DNA of 64,000 nt, from NCBI GenBank assembly GCA_045612385.1, contig JAZKYZ010000028.1, forward strand, positions 701 through 64,700, written 5' to 3'. Each line of letters starts with the position of its first letter. Positions within the stretch are counted from its first letter, which is position 1. Of this stretch, positions 18,816 through 29,332 are shown piece by piece. The DNA is from Eubacteriales bacterium (GTDB lineage Bacteria > Bacillota > Clostridia > Oscillospirales > CAG-272). Position numbers and translations under genes: made by a program. Below the pieces are notes generated by a model. The model did no database searches. It was given only the letters and a program-made list of their open reading frames with translations, and was not told the origin of the DNA.

Positions 18816-21800
18816 TCATTCTATAAAAATGACATTTTCTTCTTCAAAAATACGATACAAGCGATTCTTTACCGTTTCACTAAATGATATAGAACAAGTT
18901 TTGAATGCTACGTATTTATTTTTTTCCTTATCGTATAACACGATTTGAACCTTGCCAGGATTTAACATAGCAAGTCTTTCTATAGAAGAAATCCTATGGT
19001 CCTGCATAGATTCGATACGAATAAACAATCTTGAATTGGATTTTTTGGGCTCTGCTTCTCCCTCAGTCTCCTGCTTTCTTTCCGACTTTTTCTGCAAGAA
19101 TCTCGGAGAGTAGTCTCGGTTAGCAATCAAAGGATAAAGTGAAGAAAGTATAATTCTGGGTTTCTCCTCATCCTCTTCAGATATATGCCCTGTAATATAC
19201 ACAGCATTCTCTTCTGCGATTTCTTCCTGATAAAGGTCAAATTGTTTAGGAAAACAAATTACTTCCATTTCACCATATTTATCATCAATCGTAAAGAATG
19301 CCATAACCCCTCCATTCTTTGTATTTTTGGTTTTGAGTGAACCAATGATTGCACAAAGAGAAACCTCGCTTTTATCGTGATATCTTCGGTTCGAGGGTGG
19401 ATCGGTAAGATCACGAATAATGTCCACAGATAAATCGGGTGCAAGTCCTTTAATATTATCGGAATAATCATCCAACAGATGACCAGAAAAATACATTCCG
19501 GAACTTTCCTTTTCAAGAGCAAGTAATTCTTTAAAAGTAAACTCAGGCATATCTGGGTAACTGTATGACACAATATCTGTCGTTTGACCAAAGGCAAAAG
19601 AAAACATATCCATTTGACCTGCAATATTATTTCTCAAGCGTTCCATCTCTTGGGAAAGGATATTCTCATAGCATTCCATTAGTGCGCTACGAGGCTTGCC
19701 GAACGAATCAAATGCGCCACTTTTTATCAAATATTCAAGAGTTCTTTTGTTAATTTCCTTGTCACAAAGACGGCTCACGAAGTCATCAAAGGACTGAAAC
19801 CGTTTTTTCCTTCGTTCATCCACTATGGCTTTGGCAATAGGTCTACCTATGTTTTTGATGGCCAACAAGCCAAAGTAAATTACACCGTCCTTCACCGTAA
19901 AGGTGACATCAGAAGTATTGACATCAGGCTTTGCAATACGAAGTCCAAACTTTTGAGCATCCAAAATATATTCTCGAATCTTATCCGAACGTCCAAGAAC
20001 ACTCGACATCAGAGCTGAAAAATATTCAGCAGGATAATGTTTTTTCAGATAAGCTGTTCGATAAGAAGTGATGGCATAAACAGTAGCGTGACTCTTATTA
20101 AAAGCGTATTTTGCAAATCCCACCATTTCTTCAAAAATTTCTTCTGCCATATCCTTAGAAATGCCACGAGAATTCGCGCCCTCAACAAATCCAGCTCGTT
20201 CCTTCTCCATAACATCAGCCTTCTTTTTTGACATTGCTCGACGAACAATGTCTGCGCGTGCAAAGGAATAACCAGCTAAGCTTCTGCATATTTGCATTAC
20301 TTGTTCCTGATATACAATGCAACCGTAGGTTACATCCAAGATAGATGCCATTTGTGGAATTTTATACTGAACCTTTTCTTCCCCGTGCTTTCTTGCAATG
20401 AAAGTATCAATGGAATCCATTGGTCCAGGTCGGTAGAGTGCAATGGTTGCAATGATATCCTCAAGATTGGAAGGACACAAACGTCCCAAAACAGCCTTCA
20501 TACCTTCGGATTCCAATTGGAATACACCATTGGTTTGCCCATCACATAGTAGCTTATAAGTTTCAGCGTCATCAAACGGAACCTTATCAATCGCAAAATC
20601 TGGATGGTTTTTACGAATGAGTTGCTCGGCGTCGTGTATGACGGTTAAATATCTAAGACCCAAAAAGTCGAATTTCACAAGGCCAAGTTGCGCGTCGGTA
20701 TCCATATCAAACTGCGTAACAACACCCGTTCCACTTGACGAAAGTGGCACATACTCATAGGTTGGCAATTCTGTGATAACAACGCCAGCAGCGTGGGTAG
20801 AGGCGTGTCTTGGCATCCCCTCAAGTCTCTTGCTTACGTCGATAAGTTTCTTAACGTCCTCAGAGGATTCATACGCCTGTCTAAGTTCTTTGGTTTTTAA
20901 AGCAGATTCGATAGTAATATCTAACTCTCTTGGAATCATTTTTGCAATCGAATCTACAAGATTATACGGCATATCAAGTGCTCGTCCAACATCACGAACA
21001 ACTGCACGAGCGGCCAATGTTCCAAACGTCACAATCTGCGCGACCCTATCTTCTCCGTATTTGCGTTTTACGTACTCGATGACTTCTTCTCTACGCTCAT
21101 AACAAAAGTCAATATCAAAGTCAGGCATAGAAACACGTTCAGGATTCAAGAAACGTTCAAATAACAAATCAAACACAATAGGGTCTGCGTCTGTAATACC
21201 AATACAATAAGCAACCAAACTACCTGCGCCAGAGCCTCGACCGGGTCCTACAGGAATTGAAACACTTTTTGCATAAGAAACAAAATCACTAACGATCAAA
21301 AAATAGGCATTAAAACCCATTTTATCTATAACAGAAAGCTCATATTCCAGCCGATCAATATAAATTTGCTTATTAAATTTGATGAACTTAATTTTGCCTT
21401 CATCAATTTTCTTTTCCAAACCAGAAAAAGCATCCAAACGTAGTTTTTCTTTGTGTGTAAGACCATTTTCCGGAGTAAATGTAGGAAGATGATATTCACC
21501 AAAAGTAAAATCAAAGTTGCATTTTTCAGCAATTTTTACAGTGTTCTCGATAGCTCCTTCATACATTCCAAACAAGACTTTCATTTCTTCTGTTGTACGG
21601 AAATAAAACTCATCTGTGGAAAAACCGAAGGGACGGCCCCCACTCATAATATTTCCTGTTTGTATGCACATCAATGTCGCCTGCGTTTCGGCATCCGTAC
21701 GTTCCAGATAATGCACATCATTGGTGGCTACAAGAGGAATATTATGCTTTGTCGCAATCGTTTTTAAGCCAAAACAAACACGTCTTTCATCATCTAAATG

Positions 21801-22331
21801 ATGGTTTTGAAGTTCAAGATAAAAGTCCTCGCCAAAAAGATCTTTCAATTTCAGCGCTTCTGCCTCTGCTTCTGGCATTGCTCCAGCAAGAATCAAACTC
21901 GGTATTTTTCCCGAAAGACACGCAGAAAGCGCAATCAATCCTTCGTGATGCTTTGCAAGAAGCTCCATATCAATGCGAGGTCGCATATAAAATCCCTCTG
22001 TAAAGCTCTTGCTTACCATATAGCAAAGGTTTTTATAACCTATTTCGTTTTTACATAATAATATCAGGTGATTTCCCGAAGAATCGCCCTTTCCTTCTTT
22101 TAGAAAACGAGAACGGGGAGCGACATAAACTTCACAACCTATGATAGGTTTAATACCATTTTCCTTCAGCGACTTATAGAAGTCGACAACACCATACATT
22201 ACACCGTGGTCGGTGATAGCAACTGCATCTTGTCCACATTCTTTAGCTTTTTTTGCGATATCGCAAATTCTCGTTGCGCCATCAAGCAGACTATATTCTG
22301 TGTGCAAATGCAAGTGCACAAATTCTCCCAT
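18816..22331 (-). CDS. dnaE: DNA polymerase III alpha subunit (DnaE type)
   Basis: 1171 aa with PHP N-terminus HLHLHTEYSLLDG, followed by polymerase core and OB-fold regions. Confidence 0.95.
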   Translation of the reverse strand: MGEFVHLHLHTEYSLLDGATRICDIAKKAKECGQDAVAITDHGVMYGVVDFYKSLKENGIKPIIGCEVYVAPRSRFLKEGKGDSSGNHLILLCKNEIGYKNLCYMVSKSFTEGFYMRPRIDMELLAKHHEGLIALSACLSGKIPSLILAGAMPEAEAEALKLKDLFGEDFYLELQNHHLDDERRVCFGLKTIATKHNIPLVATNDVHYLERTDAETQATLMCIQTGNIMSGGRPFGFSTDEFYFRTTEEMKVLFGMYEGAIENTVKIAEKCNFDFTFGEYHLPTFTPENGLTHKEKLRLDAFSGLEKKIDEGKIKFIKFNKQIYIDRLEYELSVIDKMGFNAYFLIVSDFVSYAKSVSIPVGPGRGSGAGSLVAYCIGITDADPIVFDLLFERFLNPERVSMPDFDIDFCYERREEVIEYVKRKYGEDRVAQIVTFGTLAARAVVRDVGRALDMPYNLVDSIAKMIPRELDITIESALKTKELRQAYESSEDVKKLIDVSKRLEGMPRHASTHAAGVVITELPTYEYVPLSSSGTGVVTQFDMDTDAQLGLVKFDFLGLRYLTVIHDAEQLIRKNHPDFAIDKVPFDDAETYKLLCDGQTNGVFQLESEGMKAVLGRLCPSNLEDIIATIALYRPGPMDSIDTFIARKHGEEKVQYKIPQMASILDVTYGCIVYQEQVMQICRSLAGYSFARADIVRRAMSKKKADVMEKERAGFVEGANSRGISKDMAEEIFEEMVGFAKYAFNKSHATVYAITSYRTAYLKKHYPAEYFSALMSSVLGRSDKIREYILDAQKFGLRIAKPDVNTSDVTFTVKDGVIYFGLLAIKNIGRPIAKAIVDERRKKRFQSFDDFVSRLCDKEINKRTLEYLIKSGAFDSFGKPRSALMECYENILSQEMERLRNNIAGQMDMFSFAFGQTTDIVSYSYPDMPEFTFKELLALEKESSGMYFSGHLLDDYSDNIKGLAPDLSVDIIRDLTDPPSNRRYHDKSEVSLCAIIGSLKTKNTKNGGVMAFFTIDDKYGEMEVICFPKQFDLYQEEIAEENAVYITGHISEEDEEKPRIILSSLYPLIANRDYSPRFLQKKSERKQETEGEAEPKKSNSRLFIRIESMQDHRISSIERLAMLNPGKVQIVLYDKEKNKYVAFKTCSISFSETVKNRLYRIFEEENVIFIE

Positions 22332-22340
22332 TCTCTCACC

Positions 22341-23228
22341 TCACTTTACGGAACCAAGAAGCTCATTCGCTATCTTGATAATTCTATTTAATCTATGTAC
22401 CATTCCTGATTTGGTAATGGCCGGCGTCATCATTGCTGCCAACTGTGAAACAGATAAATCAGGATTTTCAAGTCGAAGCTTTGCTGTTTGTTCCAGTTCA
22501 TCCGGCAAGGAGGAAAGAAGTCCCGCAGATGAAAGCTCCATAATTGCTGACAAATGTCTTGAAGAAGCCGTAACTGCTTTTTCAATATTGCTCATTTCAC
22601 AATTCGATATTCGATTTGCATTATTTCTAATCTCGTGCTCAATCTTTGCATTCATCAAGGTAAATGTCACTGAATTCATATTTGCCAAAGCAAAAAAATC
22701 TTCCAAAGAACTACTTCGTTTTGCATAGAGCACTGTTTGTCCGTTTCTGTTTGCTTTTTTAATTTCAATACCATATTCCTTCATCAAAGAGATAAAGGCT
22801 TGAATACGTAATGGATCTTGTATTAGATGAAATTCAAGTCGGAATTCCACAAGAGGATCACTGACCATACCACATACAAGGAAAATCCCTTTTAAAAAGT
22901 ATGATAGACACATTGGGCATTTTGTTGTGGGACTTACTTCACCTGATGCAATCGAATACAAAAACTTTTTTGAAGAAGATGAGCGAAGAGAAACCTCAAG
23001 CCTTCGACCTCCAGGTTTTCGTTCAACACTTACAAGGGAGGTGGAAAACAAGTCATTCGCATATCCCTGTAGGTAAGGGGCAAGCTCCTTCGGTACAATC
23101 AAATGTACCTCGTCCTCTTTAACAAAACCACACGAAAACAAAACCCCTTCAAACAAAGCCTTCAAGCAACAACTTGTACGAATATGCTCAGACAAAATGA
23201 CATCTTTTTGTTCTGTGGAAAAAGACAT
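22341..23228 (-). CDS. whiA: DNA-binding protein WhiA
   Basis: 295 aa with C-terminal HTH LSVSQLAAMMTPAITKSGMVHRLNRI and an N-terminal degenerate LAGLIDADG-like region. Confidence 0.88.
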   Translation of the reverse strand: MSFSTEQKDVILSEHIRTSCCLKALFEGVLFSCGFVKEDEVHLIVPKELAPYLQGYANDLFSTSLVSVERKPGGRRLEVSLRSSSSKKFLYSIASGEVSPTTKCPMCLSYFLKGIFLVCGMVSDPLVEFRLEFHLIQDPLRIQAFISLMKEYGIEIKKANRNGQTVLYAKRSSSLEDFFALANMNSVTFTLMNAKIEHEIRNNANRISNCEMSNIEKAVTASSRHLSAIMELSSAGLLSSLPDELEQTAKLRLENPDLSVSQLAAMMTPAITKSGMVHRLNRIIKIANELLGSVK

Positions 23229-23238
23229 TGGACCCCTC

Positions 23239-24096
23239 CTAACTTAGAAATTCTACCTCACATTCCGGCACAAAGTCATAATGTTCTTTGATTAACGCCT
23301 GCAAGGCTATCACGGCTTTTTTAAAATCAGATGCCGTACCATTTTTCTTATTGATTAGCACACCTGCGTGTTTTTGTGAAACAGCAATTCCACCAAATTC
23401 ACGACCTTTTTGACCCAGTCGATCAAGCAAAAAACCAACAGATATATTGTCTTTACGTAAAAATACGGAACCCAAGCTTGGACCTTCCGGCATTGTCATT
23501 CGTCTTTTCTTAACTGCGTTCTTTATGGTTTGCTCTGCACATCCATCTTGAAGTGAAAACGTTGCATTCAATAGAACAAGTTTTCTTTGCTTCAAAATAG
23601 AGGTTCTATATGAAAATGCCATTTCTTTCGCATTCAAACGATATACTCTTCTGTCTTCTAACGAATATATATTTGCCGATAAGAAGGAAGATGATATCTC
23701 ATCCTCAAAACAAGAGGCATTTTGATATACCATTCCACCAACCATACCCGGAACACCAATAAGCGACGGATAAAATAACTTATTATCCTTGTGTAATCTC
23801 CAGATAATACGACTAAACCTCACACCTGGCGAAAGGGTAATAGAATGCCCTTGATAGCTGATATCATTTAATTTTTCACAAAAAATTATTTTTTTATTAG
23901 CCCTGCCGTCAGGAGGCAAAACATTTGACATCCGACCTACAATCTGAAATGGTGTTCCTTTTTCTTCAAAAGACTGGATAATGGAAATAAACTCCTTTTC
24001 ATTTTCCGGAAAATATCCTTCACAAAAACCACCAAGACGAATTGTTGTGTACTTTGATAGATGACAATTAGGATCAATAATCAAGTTGTGCTCCAA
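23239..24096 (-). CDS. murB: UDP-N-acetylenolpyruvoylglucosamine reductase
   Basis: LSKYTTIRLGG FAD-binding N-terminus and SLGSVF motif. 285 aa. Confidence 0.88.
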   Translation of the reverse strand: MEHNLIIDPNCHLSKYTTIRLGGFCEGYFPENEKEFISIIQSFEEKGTPFQIVGRMSNVLPPDGRANKKIIFCEKLNDISYQGHSITLSPGVRFSRIIWRLHKDNKLFYPSLIGVPGMVGGMVYQNASCFEDEISSSFLSANIYSLEDRRVYRLNAKEMAFSYRTSILKQRKLVLLNATFSLQDGCAEQTIKNAVKKRRMTMPEGPSLGSVFLRKDNISVGFLLDRLGQKGREFGGIAVSQKHAGVLINKKNGTASDFKKAVIALQALIKEHYDFVPECEVEFLS

Positions 24097-24111
24097 AATG
24101 TTTTTCCATTT

Positions 24112-25806
24112 TTACATTTGAGAGAACCTATCTTTTAACATATCAATTGCTGCATCACGTTGCGCAGCTGTAACATCTATACCACCCAAGATCCGTGAAA
24201 TCTCGTCGATACGACCTTCCCTATCCAAAGTTTGAACAGAGGTTTCTGTCGCACCTCCTTTTACGCCCTTTGAAATCAGAAAATGCAAATCTGCCAAAGA
24301 GGCAATCTGGGCGCTATGAGTAACACAAATCACCTGTGATACAGATGCGAGTTCGTGCATTTTCATTCCGATTTTTCTTGCCGTCTTTCCTGACACGCCT
24401 GCGTCAATCTCGTCAAAAATCAATGTCGGAATACCGTCCTTATCTGCCAGCGCACATTTAATAGCCAACATAATGCGCGCAAGCTCACCACCAGATGCAA
24501 TTTTAGCAAGGGGTTGAGGATCAGCGCCACGATTCGCACTGATAAAAAATTCTATTGTATCAACACCATTGGCGTTTAATACCTTTTCCCCCTGCTTATA
24601 TTCCTCTTTGATGTCAGCGAAAAATACGACATTCGGCATATCTAAGAATTGCAGAGTTTCTTTAACAGTCTTTTCGAGTTTTTTAGAAGCGACTACGCGC
24701 ATATCGTGTAGTTTTTCGGCAAGCGAAAGCGCCTTTTTATACGCGATATCACGTTTTTTGGTTAATTCGCTTATAATGTCGTCACTACTTTCAAGCTGAA
24801 GATACTCTTCCCTTGCGCAATCCCTGTATTTTAAAATTTCTTCAATAGAATACCCATATTTACGTTTTAACTTGGATATTTGATCGAGCCTGTGTTCGAT
24901 CTCGTTAATATCCATATCCATTCCAGATTCTACATCATCAAGAATGGCATAAACTTCTTCAGCGATATCATCAATTACATAAAGGCATTCGCGAAGTCTC
25001 TCAGCAAAAGATGTACTTTCACTAACGCAGTCTGAAAGTTGAGTAAGTGCTGTGATGCTACGATCTACAAGAAACGTTGCTGAACCTTTTTCTAATCCTT
25101 TCAGCGCTTTAAAAGTAAAACCAAGATTCTTCTGTATTCTCTCTACGCTTTTAAGTTTTACCTTTTTGTCAATTAGTTCTTCCTCTTCTCCTTCGTGAAG
25201 ATCTAAAGTTTCAATATCACGTATCTGATAGGCGAGCATCTCCATTTTGCGTTCTCTGTCAGCCTCAGATGCAACAATCCCTTCCAATTCACTGCAAATC
25301 GTCATATAATCGTGATACACTTCCTTATATTCCGAGAGCAAAGAGGAAAGTGATGCATACGTATCAAGATACGATAGGTGTTTACTTGGATCCGTCAAGG
25401 AACGAGTATCGCTCTGCCCGTGAATACTGATTAAATATGGTATTAGTTCGTGCAAAAACGAAAGACTCACTGCGCGTGTATTCAGTCGCACAGACCCTTT
25501 TCCATCACGTGAAACCGTACGTTGAACAAGAATATTTCCGTCATCATCCACTTGAACGCCAAGTTCGTATATTTTCTCTAAAATAGATTCGGAAAAGTCA
25601 CCAAATAGTCCACTTACCATCATAGAGTTTTCGCCTGTACGAATCAAGTCTTTATCCACTTTTTTGCCAAGAAGCAGGTGAATACTATCAATAATCACAG
25701 ATTTTCCTGCTCCAGTCTCACCGGTTAATGCTGAAAAACCGTGCGTAAAATCAAGATCCACGCACTTTACCACAGCAATATTTTCAATATGTAAAGACAA
25801 TAGCAT
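24112..25806 (-). CDS. recN: DNA repair protein RecN
   Basis: Walker A GETGAGKS, long coiled coil, ASGGELARIMLA signature, Walker B LIFDEIDAGVSG. Confidence 0.93.
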   Translation of the reverse strand: MLLSLHIENIAVVKCVDLDFTHGFSALTGETGAGKSVIIDSIHLLLGKKVDKDLIRTGENSMMVSGLFGDFSESILEKIYELGVQVDDDGNILVQRTVSRDGKGSVRLNTRAVSLSFLHELIPYLISIHGQSDTRSLTDPSKHLSYLDTYASLSSLLSEYKEVYHDYMTICSELEGIVASEADRERKMEMLAYQIRDIETLDLHEGEEEELIDKKVKLKSVERIQKNLGFTFKALKGLEKGSATFLVDRSITALTQLSDCVSESTSFAERLRECLYVIDDIAEEVYAILDDVESGMDMDINEIEHRLDQISKLKRKYGYSIEEILKYRDCAREEYLQLESSDDIISELTKKRDIAYKKALSLAEKLHDMRVVASKKLEKTVKETLQFLDMPNVVFFADIKEEYKQGEKVLNANGVDTIEFFISANRGADPQPLAKIASGGELARIMLAIKCALADKDGIPTLIFDEIDAGVSGKTARKIGMKMHELASVSQVICVTHSAQIASLADLHFLISKGVKGGATETSVQTLDREGRIDEISRILGGIDVTAAQRDAAIDMLKDRFSQM

Positions 25807-25817
25807 ACAGCAACCTC

Positions 25818-26273
25818 TTATTTTCCGAATAAGGTTTGAAGTTCACGCGCAAGGATGGCAGCACTCTCATTGCTCTGCGCGATAATTAAAATGGTATCGT
25901 CACCAGCAATCGATCCAAGACTTTTTTCGTGTTCAATGGAATCAATGCAAACAGCCATCGCATTCGCCATTCCACTTAATGTTCTTACAACCACAAGGTT
26001 CTGAGCGCAAACCACCGATAATACCGAATCATAGATTGCAGAATTTCCTGTTGGCGCAACATTATCTCTGCGAGACTGCGGAAGCACATATTTGTATGTG
26101 CCACGTTTTGTCATTCCCTTAATCAGTTTCAACGCACGTATATCACGAGAAACCGTAGTTTGAGTAACAGAAAAACCTTCTTCTATCAATTTATCCGTCA
26201 ATGTTTGTTGCGTATCAATTTCATACTTTTCAATCAATTCCAGAATTTTTGTATGTCTTGCGTTTTTCTTCAT
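25818..26273 (-). CDS. argR: arginine repressor
   Basis: Winged-helix region TQTTVSRDIRALKL and C-terminal GDDTILI motif. 151 aa. Confidence 0.9.
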   Translation of the reverse strand: MKKNARHTKILELIEKYEIDTQQTLTDKLIEEGFSVTQTTVSRDIRALKLIKGMTKRGTYKYVLPQSRRDNVAPTGNSAIYDSVLSVVCAQNLVVVRTLSGMANAMAVCIDSIEHEKSLGSIAGDDTILIIAQSNESAAILARELQTLFGK

Positions 26274-26285
26274 AACAACTCCGAA

Positions 26286-27134
26286 TTACATATTTTCTAT
26301 TCTTCTTAATTTGCGAAAGATTGACTGAATCTGTCCCTCTTTCTTTAAGGATATCATTTTTAAACATTTTTGTGATTTTTGAACTCGAACGAAGTCACCC
26401 TTCGATAAATCACAACTCATTTTTCCGTCAGCAATAAGAAGGAGTGGGTATTCTCCTTCATTCTCAATTTCAAAAATCGCGTTATCCGAAAAAACCATAG
26501 AACGATTAAAGAAGGAGTGTGGTGCAATTGGCGTCAATGCAATGGCCGACAATTCGTGCGAAAGCATAGGTCCTCCACAAGAGAGGGCGTACGCCGTAGC
26601 TCCTTGTGGCGTAGATAAAATAACGCCGTCTGCGCGATAATTGAGCGCTTTTTTACCATTGTAACGTACTGCAATAGATGCCATTGGGTCCTCTGTTTTA
26701 CGGCTTACCAAAATGTCATTCAAAACACAGGTAACACTACATACGCTTACCTCTTGTGAAATGACTTCACAATCCAATAGTATTTTTTCTTCTACAACAT
26801 ACTTCTCCTCTCGAAGAAGCTCCAATAAGTGAAGTTCCGTCGGCTCAATCTCTGCAAGATAACCAACCTTTCCAAGATTTACACCAAGCACAGGAATGCC
26901 TAAGGACAAAACAAGAGGAACAGAATCGATCACAGTTCCGTCACCACCAATAACCAAAAGAAGTTCACAAACATCAGGAATACTGTCATTGTAGTATGTC
27001 ACACGAACATCCAATGGAAAATCTTTAGATATGTAGATATGAAAACCACACTCCAATAAGACCTTTGCGACAGAATTTGTTAATTTTAGGTCTGTATCTT
27101 TCTTTATGTTTGGGAACAACAGGATGTGTTGCAT
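26286..27134 (-). CDS. nadK: NAD(+) kinase
   Basis: GGDGT motif (VIGGDGTV). 282 aa. Canonical tlyA-nadK-argR-recN context. Confidence 0.9.
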   Translation of the reverse strand: MQHILLFPNIKKDTDLKLTNSVAKVLLECGFHIYISKDFPLDVRVTYYNDSIPDVCELLLVIGGDGTVIDSVPLVLSLGIPVLGVNLGKVGYLAEIEPTELHLLELLREEKYVVEEKILLDCEVISQEVSVCSVTCVLNDILVSRKTEDPMASIAVRYNGKKALNYRADGVILSTPQGATAYALSCGGPMLSHELSAIALTPIAPHSFFNRSMVFSDNAIFEIENEGEYPLLLIADGKMSCDLSKGDFVRVQKSQKCLKMISLKKEGQIQSIFRKLRRIENM

Positions 27135-27137
27135 AAA

Positions 27138-27866
27138 CTATCCTTTCTGAAAATGCACAAGAAATTCAATATTTCCATCACCACCGGTAATTGGAGAAAC
27201 CATAGCGCCCTTGGCGTGAAAACCAACGTTTTTCGCAAAAGCAACAACATTCGAAAGCGCCTTATTTCTTGCTTTCTCGTCCCTAACAATGCCACCCTTC
27301 CCAAGTGCACCACGCCCCACCTCAAACTGTGGCTTCACAAGACAAATGAAGTCTGCCTTTTCGTCAAGGATGTTATACAAGGACTCAAAAATTAGAGTCG
27401 AAGAAATAAAAGAAACATCCATAACAGCGAAATTCGGCTTATAAGGAAAATGGGAAGATTTCATATAACGAGCGTTATAGTTTTCGTATACGGTAACTCG
27501 TTTATCCTGACGAATCGACTTTACAAGTTGTCCACTGCCAGAATCCACTGCAATAACGTGTTTTGCTCCGTGTTGCAAAAGGCAATCGGTAAATCCACCA
27601 CTGGATGCGCCTACATCAATGCAAAGTTTTTCCTTTGGCGAAGCTTCAAATGCGCAAAGGGCGCCATCAAGTTTTAGACCACCTCTACTTACATATTTGA
27701 TGGAGGAACGGTCTACTATTATTTTTTCTTCGTAACCATCCACATTAAAAGATGGTTTAGTAATTGGTTTACCGTCCACAAGTACAGCGCCAGCCTTTAA
27801 CAACTGCTTGGCTTCCGTACGGCTATTAACCAATCCTTTTTCTGCTAAAAATACATCAATTCTCAT
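27138..27866 (-). CDS. tlyA: TlyA-family rRNA 2'-O-methyltransferase
   Basis: S4-like N-terminus (MRIDVFLAEKGLVNSRTEAKQLL) and SAM motif DVGASSGGFTD. Confidence 0.88.
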   Translation of the reverse strand: MRIDVFLAEKGLVNSRTEAKQLLKAGAVLVDGKPITKPSFNVDGYEEKIIVDRSSIKYVSRGGLKLDGALCAFEASPKEKLCIDVGASSGGFTDCLLQHGAKHVIAVDSGSGQLVKSIRQDKRVTVYENYNARYMKSSHFPYKPNFAVMDVSFISSTLIFESLYNILDEKADFICLVKPQFEVGRGALGKGGIVRDEKARNKALSNVVAFAKNVGFHAKGAMVSPITGGDGNIEFLVHFQKG

Positions 27867-28098
27867 CTGTCAATTCCTCAACGAAGGGCTGATCCGTAAT
27901 AACTCCATCCTCAGTTTGCGTTAAAATAGAGACCTTTTGTTTGGCAAATTCCAATTTTTGAGCGCAAAACCGAGAGAGTTCGATACCCTTTTCATACGCA
28001 ATCAGGGACTCCTCAAGCGAAAGCGCCCCTGCTTCTAATTTGTTTACAATATCTTCTAAGGCAGCAAGTGCCTGTTCAAACGTCATATTTATATCCAT
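27856..28098 (-). CDS. xseB: exodeoxyribonuclease VII small subunit
   Basis: 80 aa, FEQALAALEDIVNKLE, immediately after xseA. Confidence 0.88.
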   Translation of the reverse strand: MDINMTFEQALAALEDIVNKLEAGALSLEESLIAYEKGIELSRFCAQKLEFAKQKVSILTQTEDGVITDQPFVEELTDEN

Positions 28099-28106
28099 TT
28101 TTTACC

Positions 28107-29330
28107 TCATTTCTTTGTCACTTTAGCCGTAACATCTCCGTCAAATAAACGAATATTGATTTCATCCCCAAAAGAAAGTTGACTTACACTGCTGATATGC
28201 TTCCCTTCCACAGATTTTACAATGGAATATCCTCGTTTTAAAACAGAAAGTGGCGACAATGTATCGAGCTTTGTCAAAAGTAATGCAAATTCGCTCTCGC
28301 ACCTTTGTATAATGTTTTCGCTTATACGATTCAAAGAGGAAATCATCTTTTCAAAATTTGTATTGTGAACGAAGAGCCAACCACTCGCATTCTGCAAAAC
28401 AGGACGAGATACCAAATTATTCAGTCGAGTAGACAAGGAATCTATTTTTGAGTGGAGCGAACATCGCACTCTTTCCTCAAGTTCAGTGATATGATATAAA
28501 ATACCATTGATTTCAGGTGTAACAATTTCTGCTGCTGCCGAAGGGGTTGGTGCGCGCATATCTGCCACAAAATCACAAATGGTAAAATCCGTTTCGTGGC
28601 CAACTGCCGATACGACGGGAGTATTCATTTCATAGATTTTTCTTGCAAGCTTTTCGCTATTGAATGCCCATAAATCCTCAATAGATCCTCCACCTCGACC
28701 GATAATCACTACATCCACAAGATGTGACTGTTCAAAATAATCCAAAGCCTGAAGAAGGTTTTCTTCTGCCCCTTCCCCTTGCACAAGTGAGGGGTACAAG
28801 TACAAATGTGACAACGGAAAACGTCTTGCACACACGCGAATGATGTCACGAACGGCAGCCCCTGTCGGAGAAGTGATTACACCAATTTTCAAAGGATAGG
28901 CGGGAAGCAGCTTTTTATGGTTTTCGTCAAAAAGTCCTTCCTCTTCAAGTTTTGCTTTTAACTCATTATACGCAAGATACAGGGCTCCAATACCATCAGG
29001 CTGCATACTACTTGCATAAATTTGATAACTACCACCCTTTGTATAGACACCAAGCGTTCCCGACAAGATCACTCGCATACCGTCCTTCGGTGTAAAACGA
29101 AGGGATAGCGCCGAAGAACGAAACATAATGCACTTCACTTGGCTATCGGTATCTTTAAGTGTAAAATAGATATGTCCACTTGAATGCAAATTTACATTGG
29201 ATAACTCTCCACGAACCAGCACTCTTTGCAAAAGCGAAGCATTCTCAAGGATACTCTTCACCATATTATTCAGTTCACTTACGGTGAGAGCATTCATATC
29301 TCTTCGCTCTCGTAAAGACGAAATATCCAT
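28107..29330 (-). CDS. xseA: exodeoxyribonuclease VII large subunit
   Basis: 407 aa. N-terminal OB-fold region (VSELNNMVKSILE...VRGELSN) and catalytic region GRGGGSIEDLWAFN. Confidence 0.92.
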   Translation of the reverse strand: MDISSLRERRDMNALTVSELNNMVKSILENASLLQRVLVRGELSNVNLHSSGHIYFTLKDTDSQVKCIMFRSSALSLRFTPKDGMRVILSGTLGVYTKGGSYQIYASSMQPDGIGALYLAYNELKAKLEEEGLFDENHKKLLPAYPLKIGVITSPTGAAVRDIIRVCARRFPLSHLYLYPSLVQGEGAEENLLQALDYFEQSHLVDVVIIGRGGGSIEDLWAFNSEKLARKIYEMNTPVVSAVGHETDFTICDFVADMRAPTPSAAAEIVTPEINGILYHITELEERVRCSLHSKIDSLSTRLNNLVSRPVLQNASGWLFVHNTNFEKMISSLNRISENIIQRCESEFALLLTKLDTLSPLSVLKRGYSIVKSVEGKHISSVSQLSFGDEINIRLFDGDVTAKVTKK

Positions 29331-29332
29331 TA

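Noticed and set aside
22213-22728. 171-aa plus-strand ORF
   Set aside because: It is antisense to the dnaE start and the whiA 3' end and crosses an intergenic gap. It has no translation signals.
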